From Eledone cirrhosa (lineage: Eukaryota): DNA of 64,000 nt. The notes beneath the pieces were generated by a model that saw nothing but the letters and a program-made list of their open reading frames with translations, was not told the origin of the DNA and made no database searches. The DNA lies in contig OZ024757.1 of assembly GCA_964016885.1 (NCBI GenBank), positions 27,652,001 through 27,716,000 of the forward strand, read 5' to 3'. Numbering within the stretch: position 1 is the first letter of the stretch; each line of letters begins with the position of its first letter. The translations under genes were made by a program, and so were the position numbers. Of the stretch, positions 54,146 through 64,000 are shown in pieces.

Positions 54146-56049
54146 AAATATTCATAATTTGAATCTAGTACTAGCATCGTCTTTCAAGAAACTTCACACG
54201 ATAAGTCTCTTTAAAGATGAAAGCAATTCAAATTATAAACTTTATTTTTTGTTTACTCAAGTGATAAACAGTGTTTTATTACTTCTTTTAACTATCATAC
54301 TTTATCAATATATATATATGTATATATAATGTGTATAATCATATATAGCTACTGCTTCAAATCATTCCTCCAGCATTTGCTAAAATCTAAAATTTTGCTT
54401 TATATTGAATGTGCAGCCTCCCCATAAAAAAAAATCAAACCCCACACCACCACCACCACCACCACCACCACCACCACCACAACTACTATCAAAAATGTTC
54501 CAAAGTTGTTGCTGCTGTTATGTTATGTGGAACTAAATGAGTAACACTAAATCTCTATTGTGCCATGTTCTATGTTTCATGAGGTTCTGTTAATGTTAAA
54601 ACAATCAACTCTAGAAAATATCTATAAACTCAGTTTCACACATATAAACACACACACATATATATATATACAACACACACACAGGCACTGACATACACAC
54701 AGAAAATATATGAGTGTGTGTATATGTGTGTGTGATGCTTCAAAATGACATGAACAAAATGAAATACTAGTGTTCAGTAAAGTTAATATCTTCCAGCACT
54801 ACTACAACCAATACCATCAGCACCAATACCATCAGCACCAATACTACCACCACTACCAATACTACCACCACCACCACTATCACCCACCTTTAATAATAAT
54901 AATAATAATGAAATTATTGTGTACAATGCTCAAGTGCACTACAACTCATCAAAGGTGCAAAAACAGAATGTTCACAGTTAACTTATAAGTAAATACATAC
55001 CCTTAATATTCTGCAGTCCCCTGTTTGTATTTAGGGTGGCCATCTATATCTATATATGGTTAGAGAATTGGATTCGCAATCGTGAGGTTGTGAGTTCAAT
55101 TCCCAGACCGGGTGATGTGTTATGTCCTTGAGCAAGACACTTTATTTCACGTTGCTCCTTTTGCCTGGATTTGCATCCGACAGATAGTATTAGCAATTGA
55201 AAAAACTACTGGAAACATTGTTTGTTCAGTCCAATTTGACAAGCTCCACTCATTAAGCGAATGAAGTCTGGGATATTGTCAATCAACTGACTATATGTAT
55301 ATTCAGGGTGGGGCTATGTTTTAGGATGTCCTAAATCTCTATTCAGGGTGGCCATATGGTTTTGTAGTAAGTTCTATAGGTGTATTCAAGGTGGTTATAT
55401 GGTTTTAGGGTCGTCCTATCCAGAGAAAGTCTTGTACTCTCAGTCGCTTAATGCCAAGGAAACTGGAGATAATCACTGGCCTAATGAGCCTTCGGCTTAG
55501 AACAGACTTTAACTTTAACTCTATAGGTGCATGCAGGATGGATATATGGTTTTAGAGTATGTTCTATGTGTGGTTTTTTTAACACAACAAAATAACAACC
55601 CCCACAAAAAAAACAACAACAAAAAACACAAACATCTTTTCTGCTGATTTTTAAAACTGTGAATACTCTATGGTGTATGTGTGTTAAGCTCTGTGTGTAT
55701 GTTATGGAGTTGGTGGTACAATATTATGTACAGCTGTGGGTATGTCTGTATGGTTTCAACAGCATGCATTGCTGTGTGTTTGTGTGAGAGATGATGATGG
55801 TACAGTGCATTGGAGCTGTATGTGTGGCACAATATTATGTGCATGTGTGAAAAAAAGATGTTTCGATATACAGTTGTCCCCCGGGTATTCACGGGGATTA
55901 TGTTCCTAGAGCACCTGCGAAGAGGGAAAAAAATGCCTATAAACATCAAAATATAATGTAAAATATAATAAAAAAGAGGGAGCTTCAATAGGCTGGCGAA
56001 TACGGTATATTGTTATTAATAATTTATCATTAAAATATATATATATATA

Positions 56050-56525
56050 TATTAAAATAACAGATTAAAGTTTAAGCAAAGAATCGCTGCTTTCACTATT
56101 AAAGGGATCTTCTGAAACTGAAAAAAATCCGTCTGTGGATGCAGAAGTAAATATTTCGAAAAACGTTGCAACAGAAGGAAAACAGGAAGACAATACTTTA
56201 GTTCGTGAAGACGTTCCCTGGCAATGAACGTATTATCTTCACTTTTTTCCATTCATTGCCAGAGAACGTCTACACGAACCAAAGTAACGTCTTCCTGTTT
56301 TCCTTCTGTTGCAACGTTTTTCGAAATATTTACTTCTGCGTTCGCAGATTGTTTTTTTTTTTTTTTAGTTTCAGAAGATCCCGTTAAGGGTGAAAGCAGC
56401 GATTCTTTGCTCAAACTTTAATCTGTTATTTTAATAAATATTTTCTCTATGGTTTCATATATTTTGATATATATATTAGCCTTATCGAGCCCTCTTTGGA
56501 TTTTAGTCTTCACATTTATTATTAT

Positions 56526-56530
<5 letters not shown>
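56050..56530. mobile_element. Fold-back Penelope-like remnant, ~180-bp arms (family also at 6333-6400, 13683-13770, 63343-63571)
   Basis: Arms ~56050-56228/56251-56437. Hammerhead-like CAGAAGA-tccc-gttaa-gggt-GAAA. (TA)n flanks. Confidence 0.65.
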
Positions 56531-56555
<25 letters not shown>

Positions 56556-56560
<5 letters not shown>

Positions 56561-57096
56561 GGTGTTAAAGTTTGCTTGAAGCATTGTGAAATGTGTAAAA
56601 ATACGTATTTAAGAAAGCCACAACAATGCAAAGGGAAATCTCGAGGTAGGAAGTGAAATATAGATAGGAAAAACAGGTGAAAGTGAAAATTGAGAGAGAC
56701 AAAGATGAAAACAAAACAAAGGTAGAAGGGTTACCGTAGTAGAGATTTAATCCCAATATTTCGGGCTCACGCCCATCAACGGGGGAAAAGTTCCAAAAGG
56801 GGGGGAACAGGCCAAGCGGAGAAAGTTGTGATGTCGTTAAGACAGGAATGCCGAACGACATCACAACTTTCTCCGCTTGGCCTGTTTCCCCCCTTTTGGA
56901 ACTTTTCCCCCGTTGATGGGCGTGAGCCCGAAATATTGGGATTAAATCTCTACTACGGTAACCCTTCTACCTTTGTTTTGTTTTCATCTTTGTCTCTCTC
57001 AATTTTCACTTTCACCTGTTTTTCCTATCTATATTTCACTTCCTACCTCGAGATTTCCCTTTGCATTGTTGTGGCTTTCTTAAATACGTATTTTTA
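56556..57096. mobile_element. Fold-back element with 243-bp arms (56596-56838 / 56854-57096) and a 15-nt loop
   Basis: One mismatch seen between arms. The ORF track gives the same peptide on both strands. Hammerhead-like tccc CCGTTGAT gggc-GTGA-gccc GAAA TATT ggga at 56906-56941. Confidence 0.75.
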
Positions 57097-57917
57097 TATA
57101 TATATATATATTGCCATGGAAAAAAGCCATTAAAAAAAATTGTGGAAGATATTTCTGATTATTAATTAGGTGTCTAAGGATAATTCTGCGAATAATCGGG
57201 ACCGCGAATGCCAGGGTTACACTGTATATGTTTAACTGTGTGAAGTGCCAAGTGGTTTTATTAATACACATGTCCTTGTCTTTTTGTCTTTGGGTTTTGT
57301 TATTGTTAAGTTGACCATATTGCTAAATATTGCTATTTGATATCCAGCTATATTTCTTTGTTAGTTTAGGGCTGAGAGTGTTTTTGGCGGGATGGGGGCC
57401 AGACTTTGCCGAAATCATCATCCCTTGCCTCTTTAAGCCAGCTTGTTAAAATAAAAAAATAAAAAATAAAAATACATAAATGTTTGTAATTTCAGACACT
57501 GCTAAAAGACTGCTGCATCTCACAAATATATATTACTGTAAATTTGGTTGTAATGTTACCTATATATATATGTGTGTGTATGTATATATATATATATATG
57601 TTTATATATATATATATGAGAGTGTGTGTGAATGTATGTATGTGTACATATACATGTATGAATACACAATTTTTTTTCATGTACAAAAATATTTCTTAGA
57701 GGAAAATTGTGTTTATGTTACTGGAATTCTTTAATATATATATATATATTAATTAATTAATTCAAATATCAAATTGTACAAATTTGTTGCATTTTACTTT
57801 CAAAATTTACTATTTTTTTTTTTTTTTTGTTAACGATGACCTACAATCAAACTGTTGTTTTTGTATTCTTCTTGAGTTAAAAATGCCTTTTTAATCCTCC
57901 ATTACATTAAAGTTCTA

Positions 57918-58460
57918 AGCCAACATCACTTTTTCTTTGCCCTTTTTCCCAGCCAACATCAGTTTCTTTTGCCCTCTTTCCCAGCCAACATCACCATTTC
58001 TTTTGCCTTCCTTTAAAATTAGCATTACCATCTTTTTGCCCTCTTTCCCAGCCAACATCACAGTTTCTTTTGTCTTCTTGCTCAGCCATCACCATTTCTT
58101 TTGCCCTCTTTCCCAGCCAACATCACAGTTTCTTTTGTCTTCTTGCTCAGCCATCACCATTTCTTTTGCCCTCTTTCCCAGCCAACATCACAGTTTCTTT
58201 TGCCTTCTTGCTCAGCCATCACCATTTCTTTTGCCCTCTTTCCCAGCCAACATCACAGTTTCTTTTGCCTTCTTGCTCAGCCATCACCATTTCTTTTGCT
58301 TTTTGTCTTCCTTTAAAATTAGTATTACCGTCTTTTTCCCCTCTTTTCCAGCCAACATCACCGTTTCTTTTGCCCTCCTTCCAAGCCATCATCATTGGGT
58401 TTCTTTTGCCCTTTTCCCAAGCCAACATAATTGTTTCTTTTGCCTTCTTACCAAGCCAAT
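57918..58460. repeat. ~61-bp (2 x ~30) pyrimidine-rich minisatellite
   Basis: Unit ttttgccctctttcccagccaacatcacagtttcttttgtcttcttgctcagccatcaccatttc. Confidence 0.85.
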
Positions 58461-60754
58461 ATAATTGCTTGTTTTTTTGCCCTCCTCGCAGGCAAGTATA
58501 GATATTTGTTATCAACCAGTCTGTTACATATGAAATGTCGCATTTTCTTTTTCTTCTTCGAAAGCCTTTCAAGTTGTGTGTTTGTTTGCTCTCTAGACTT
58601 TAGGATGTTCAGAGTAAAAAAAAAAATATATATATAATGAAACCAATTCAACTGTGTAAAACCTCACACCAATGAGGGGATTTCTGCATAGTCCTTCAGC
58701 CTGCTAGAAATAGCAACTAAATTTCCCTAATATCCATTCGCAACCACCCTATCACCTGGAAACAAACAACAAATTATACAGAGGAGATAATGTGGCTCTA
58801 GATATCTTCTTCTTCTTTGCCCACTTATTCCTAGGAGGGTCATGGGGGCAGAATCCTCAAGCATGCTTTCCAGCAACTCCTGTCAGAAGCAACCATTTCC
58901 AGATCTGGCCGGATCCCCAAGCGAGACCAACCAAGCTCCCAAAATATATATAAGATAAATGAATAATGCACATGGGCAGAATTTTCTTTTTTTTTTTACT
59001 ATTGAGTTAAAGAGGGAAGGGCAATGTCCATGACTTATTTCAGGGCCTCTGAGTTTAATAAGGGGATAAAGTTATCCTTGAACTAATTGGAGACCTAGCC
59101 TTAAAAGCTTGAAACAGATTGGACTCTCCTAAAGACACTCAATAGCCAGGTTGTGGTTGTTGTTGTGGTGGTGGTCGTGTTAAACTAAGGTGATGGATTA
59201 AGTCTACCTACCACCCAAATGCCTTTGATCTTAGGTTCATTCAATCAGGGCTGAAACCCCCCCAGGCCTAAACAATAACAACAAAAAACTGACTGTAAAA
59301 TCAAATATGGCTGGTCAGTGAGACAAACGAAAATAAAACTGACATGATTAAGCAAGAACAAGGAAACCCCACCAAAACATGAGAGATTTAGGTATTTTCT
59401 ATCTGTATGTGGATATTTCACCCAAATAATAAGTCTCGTGTTCTTTGATTTCGTTTAAAATTAAAGATAATAATAATAATAAAAAGGCTTGAAAGGGAAA
59501 TTTTCATGTTAAAAAGAAAATTGATTTTCATACATAACAGAAGTTGATTTTCATTTTTCCATCCAAAAAAATTGTTGGTTAGCATTAAAAAAAAAAGGAA
59601 AATAATTAAATGCTTCAATTCATTAAAAAAAAATACATTTCTCTCTTTTCTTTCTCTATTTGAACCCTTCTGTCTGGAACCCTTAGCCACTACCACCCAT
59701 ATTTAGTTCTACATTATTGTGAAGAGACTCGTAGAACTAGAGGTGAAAGTGGAAAGCGGGAGAGAAAGAAAGTGTAAAATATTAAAAATTGACTGTCTCA
59801 ATCATCAAAAATGTTTAACACAAAAAAAAATGCAAAAACAAATAAATCTTTGAAATTTTTCCCGCCTTTTTTAAAGTTCCTATTTAATAAATTTACTTCT
59901 AAACCTTTATATTGTATCATGTCAGTTGATTTGGGGGTTTCATTTAGAATAAAAAAAAAATAAATAAAAAAGAAAGCTTGAAAGTGGGAAATTCTGATAA
60001 ATTTGTGTTAGCATATTTCTCTTGTGATGATTCTTGAAAATATGGTAACAAAAGAGTTTAAAATATTGACATTTATCTAAAAACGTTTCATCACATTTTT
60101 ATGTAAGAACCTTTGTTTAGTTTCAAACACCAACTTAATGAGAAACTTAGTTACATAATCTCTCTAGATTCTTCATTATTTTAAAAATTATATGAAAATC
60201 AGTCTTTTATAATGTGGTCATGTAGGAGTCATGACAAAAAGTACCCAGCACACACTGTAAATGGGATTGGTGTTCGGAAGGGCATCCAGCTGCAGAAACC
60301 AAGCCCATGCCAGTCTTGGCTTGTCTCTCAATGGAGAAGCTCGTCTAACCCATGCTAGCATTAAACTGTGATTATGATCTTCTATCATAATTATATGTAA
60401 GAACCTTTAAGTTACATTTCAAACACCAACTTAATGATAAAGTTAGTTATATTATTAAATCTCTCCAAATTCATGATCATTTCCAAAATTATTTGAAAAC
60501 CATAGAAGGTGTCTTTCATTAGATATTTAGTAACAAAGGGTTAAGGTACTTATATTTATCTAAAACCTTTTCATCATAATTTTATGTAAGAAACTTTGTT
60601 GTTTCAAATATCAACTTAATGAGAAACCTGAATCCAAAGTACCAAGTCTTCAACATTTATTGTTTATTTTCCATGTTACAACACTAACCAGTTAGTATCA
60701 GTGGTAGAATTCAAAAACCTAGTTTTCAACAACCCAACAGTAACCAGTTAGCTA

Positions 60755-61400
60755 GCCTTGGCTTGCTTAATAATTAAGTTTATATGGCGAGCGAAACGAC
60801 CAGAATTCAGGCAGCAAGACAATCCATTGGAGACTTGTTGAGTCAAGAGGCCTACCCCAGTGACATTTCATTGGCTCCCACTCCTGAGTACAACGGAGAA
60901 GTGGAACTCATCCAGACTGAGTAGGCCACTGATGTTGGCATGGCTAGGGGTTGGGCATCAACCCAGTCCCTCAAGAATGTTGTGCTTGCAGAAAGTAGGC
61001 AACAGTTTGAGAATTAATCAGATTGATAAAAGAGTGATTAGAAGGTGCCTTTTGAACACAGATTGTCCCCAAATTCTCTTCTTCAGACTATCCAACTCTA
61101 TTTCAGGAACTGACAATCCAAGCTCCATCTACTGCAGTAGAACTTCATCCATCTCCAGGAGCAAGCATGGATGGAGAGAAAGAAAGCAGGGAAGAGACAG
61201 AGATGAGCATTTATGCAGACCTAGGCCCCTCCAAATCGTTTGGGCAATGCAGCCTGGTTGCAAGACTTTGGGGAGAGTCTGAAATTGACCAATTATTCAA
61301 GTTTAACAAAGACTTTCTCTGTAAAAGAGTATTTAAAGTGTCTCATCAGTATGATTTGAGGATAATTACTCTTTTACCAGTTCCAGCCATCTGACTAAGG
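60755..61400 (-). pseudogene. Degenerate CRE-clade non-LTR retrotransposon fragment
   Basis: Minus strand contains NQAALPKRFGG (post-RT motif) and NGLSCCLNSGRFARHINLIIKQA (zinc-knuckle region), with stops and frameshifts. Confidence 0.65.
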
Positions 61401-63312
61401 CCATGCTGGGTCACAGAGGCTGATATTTCTAGCATTTTCTGAGGGAATGGGGTGATCTGGTTATTATTTCTAGCATTTAATGAAACAACTTAGTATTTGA
61501 TTTGAGGGAGATTTAGCTTCTATTTCTAAAATATTCTAAAACAGTGGAGTGTAATGTTTTGCGAAAGGCTCGACTGCTATTTCTAGCATGAATAATATGC
61601 CGGCTGTTTTGTCAATGTGTTTTAATGAAAAAATAAAGAGTTACAACGTATTAAATATTAAATTTAAAAACTAATTTTTATGTAATTTATACACTGTCTT
61701 CTCTTCTTAAAAATGTAAACAGTCAGCTTCCACCCTTGTTACGGATACTAGTCATTCCACTTCAACCTGTTGATTTTCGATAACAAAATGACTGTCGGCG
61801 GTAGACAGTCAACAAAAAATATTAAAATCAACCACAATTAAAATGATACACAATTGATGTTTTTTTTATATTTATATATATATATATCTGTCTGAAACAT
61901 TTTAAAATTTAGAAACACACAATTTATTCCCTATCTCAGCCATGTTGTTCTCTTTCTAATCACTAAGTCCTGGTTATCTAATCCGACATTTGTTGATATA
62001 TATATATATATATATAAGTTTATTTCTCCATACATTACAACATATATATATCCTGAACGTTTAGGTTATTTCCTCGTAATAAATTATTAAAAATATTTGG
62101 AAATATGTTTAGAAACTGGCAAGCGAAGTTTGTAAATCGAAAGTAAAAATATAATATAAACAATCTTAATAACTGTTTCTACTTTAGGCACAAGGCCAGC
62201 AATTACCCAGTGCATTACTGGTACTTTATTTTATCGACCCCGTAAGGATGAAAGGCAAAGTAAACCTCGGTGGGGTTTGAACTCAGTCCAATAACGAGGT
62301 GTTTAAACTCACTGAACATAAACAAATGGGTACATTAAATTAACCATAATATTACGCCATGTGTATGTCTATAATTATATTTATAACTCAGGCAATCAAT
62401 AAAAAGTATAAATATATTAGAAATATATTAAATATTGTCCTTACATCTACTTTATGTAACTATTTAATCGACCACAACAGTTTTTTTAAATAAACCCATG
62501 TATATAACATTTTATTAGCTACTGTGACCGTAAACATGATAAACACACGTGGATATATTTATATGAACACATTTTAGAGTGTGTGTTTAAAATACTGTAG
62601 TATTAAAAAACAATAAAATATTAACTGATGGAGTACCCAATACTGTTGGGTAGAGTGTAAAAATTTATTTACTAAGTAAAAAAGAAACAATTTGAGTGTG
62701 TGTTTATGTATGAATGTAAGCGAAGGGTCAACAAGGAATACCACCACCTAAGAATAACGATTGTGTATGTATATATATATATATATATAGGATGTCTCAA
62801 AAAATGTTTACACACTTTTATTAGAATGCTGTTGAAGTCTTTGTACATTTTGCGGTGACACCCTATATATAGATATGTGGCTCCCGAATTATGTCGGGTC
62901 CTAAACCACAGTTAAAAAAAGTTACTCAATACGATGGGAGAGTATATGATTCTTGATCATATATAGAAATGACTTCTGCTGGACTAGAACTGTTTCATTT
63001 TTGATGATTTCATACAAATGAGACAATTCTGGTCCTGTACAAGTCATCACTATATATAATTTTAAAATTGGCCGGAATACATGCTTGCAGGAGGTTTCTT
63101 CTCTGAAGACATGATGTCCAGCTCTCCTAAAAAAAATTTTTACCACTATATATATATATATAGTTGTAAAAAAAATCTTTAAATACCAAATTAAAAAGAT
63201 ATATGTAAATATATTGAGAGAAAGAACAATATATCGCATAGGAAACACAGTATATTGTATATATACCAAATATATATTCCATATAATTCCATAATAATAA
63301 ATATATACACAT

Positions 63313-63342
<30 letters not shown>

Positions 63343-63347
<5 letters not shown>

Positions 63348-63571
63348 ATAATAATAATTGTGAAGACTAAAATACAAAGAGCTCGATAAGAATAAATATA
63401 TATCAAATATATAAGAACCCAAGAGCAAATATTTATTAAAATAACAGATTAAAGTTGAAGCAAAGAATCGTTGCTTTCACCCTTAACGGGACCTGAGTTT
63501 CAGAAGATCCCGTTAAGGGTGAAAGCAGCGATTCTTTGCTTAAACTTTAATCTGCTATTTTAATAAATATT
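63343..63571. mobile_element. Fold-back remnant of the 56.05-kb family
   Basis: Inverted arms meet at ~63491-63506, inside the ribozyme-like motif. (TA)n flanks. Confidence 0.65.
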
Positions 63572-64000
63572 ATATATATATATAGTTTAAGAATAAACAA
63601 GACTCAAACCACAAAATTATATTAGTTTTACTATTACAAAGAAGTGTGTGTCTGTGTGAGTGTCTGGTTGAGTCTGTATGTACGCGTATCCGCGCGTCTT
63701 ATCGTAAGTAATGCGTGTGTGCACATCAAAAATAAATCATATGGTCTAAGGGCAGATAATTTGAAATTTCAATTTCAGTATAAATAACATTTTGATACAT
63801 ATTTTATATATTTATCTTAAATAATATACAGATAACCTGAAAAATAACTGTAAAACGTTTAATCATGTTAAAACATTTAAAATCTTCGTGATGCGCGTAT
63901 AATTTGAGGGTTATTTCGCTATTTCTATTATATTTTAAGTGAATGAAGTGTTTAAATTGGGAAAGGATTAACTACTATCTCAGGCAATTTCTAAAACATT

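Larger units (their letters stand above)
55869..57226. mobile_element. pogo/Tigger-like MITE expanded by nested fold-back elements
   Basis: TA-CAGTTGTCCCCCGGGTATTCACGG versus the reverse complement of the right end, TA-CAGTGTAACCCTGGCATTCGCGG. Confidence 0.6.

Noticed and set aside
56565-57133. Identical ~100-aa ORFs on opposite strands suggesting a duplicated gene
   Set aside because: A consequence of the 243-bp palindrome. No recognisable domain.
57445-57480. AATAAA cluster as the gene's poly(A) signal
   Set aside because: AATAAA is very frequent in this AT-rich DNA, including inside every SINE A copy, so it cannot be assigned without 3'-end data.

Overview
Repeat-rich eukaryotic DNA. It is most likely an octopod/cephalopod genome; this is an inference from the SINE families and the (TA)n/(CA)n density. 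Almost all ORFs in the supplied track are microsatellite artefacts. One real protein-coding gene lies on the + strand: the 3' part of a CNK (connector enhancer of KSR)/IPCEF1-family gene. I reconstructed eight phase-compatible GT-AG exons by hand (33669-50254: PH domain, YYSESEDE motif, C-terminal coiled domain, stop). A probable further upstream exon sits at 11468-11553. Introns and flanks are packed with two tRNA-derived SINE families, TTAA-flanked piggyBac-type MITEs, hAT/Tc1/pogo MITEs, fossils of CR1, RTE, R4/Dong and CRE non-LTR retrotransposons, and minisatellites. The most striking signal is a population of short fold-back (palindromic) elements from many sequence-unrelated families, almost always embedded in (TA)n. 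They carry minimal type I hammerhead-ribozyme motifs (CUGANGA-stem II-GAAA-1 bp stem III with a mostly palindromic tetraloop-UH), share a downstream CTAC...GAG(T/C)(A/G)C motif, and often break or fold back inside the ribozyme. They look like termini of Penelope-like elements. All calls were made by eye, without alignments or folding software.
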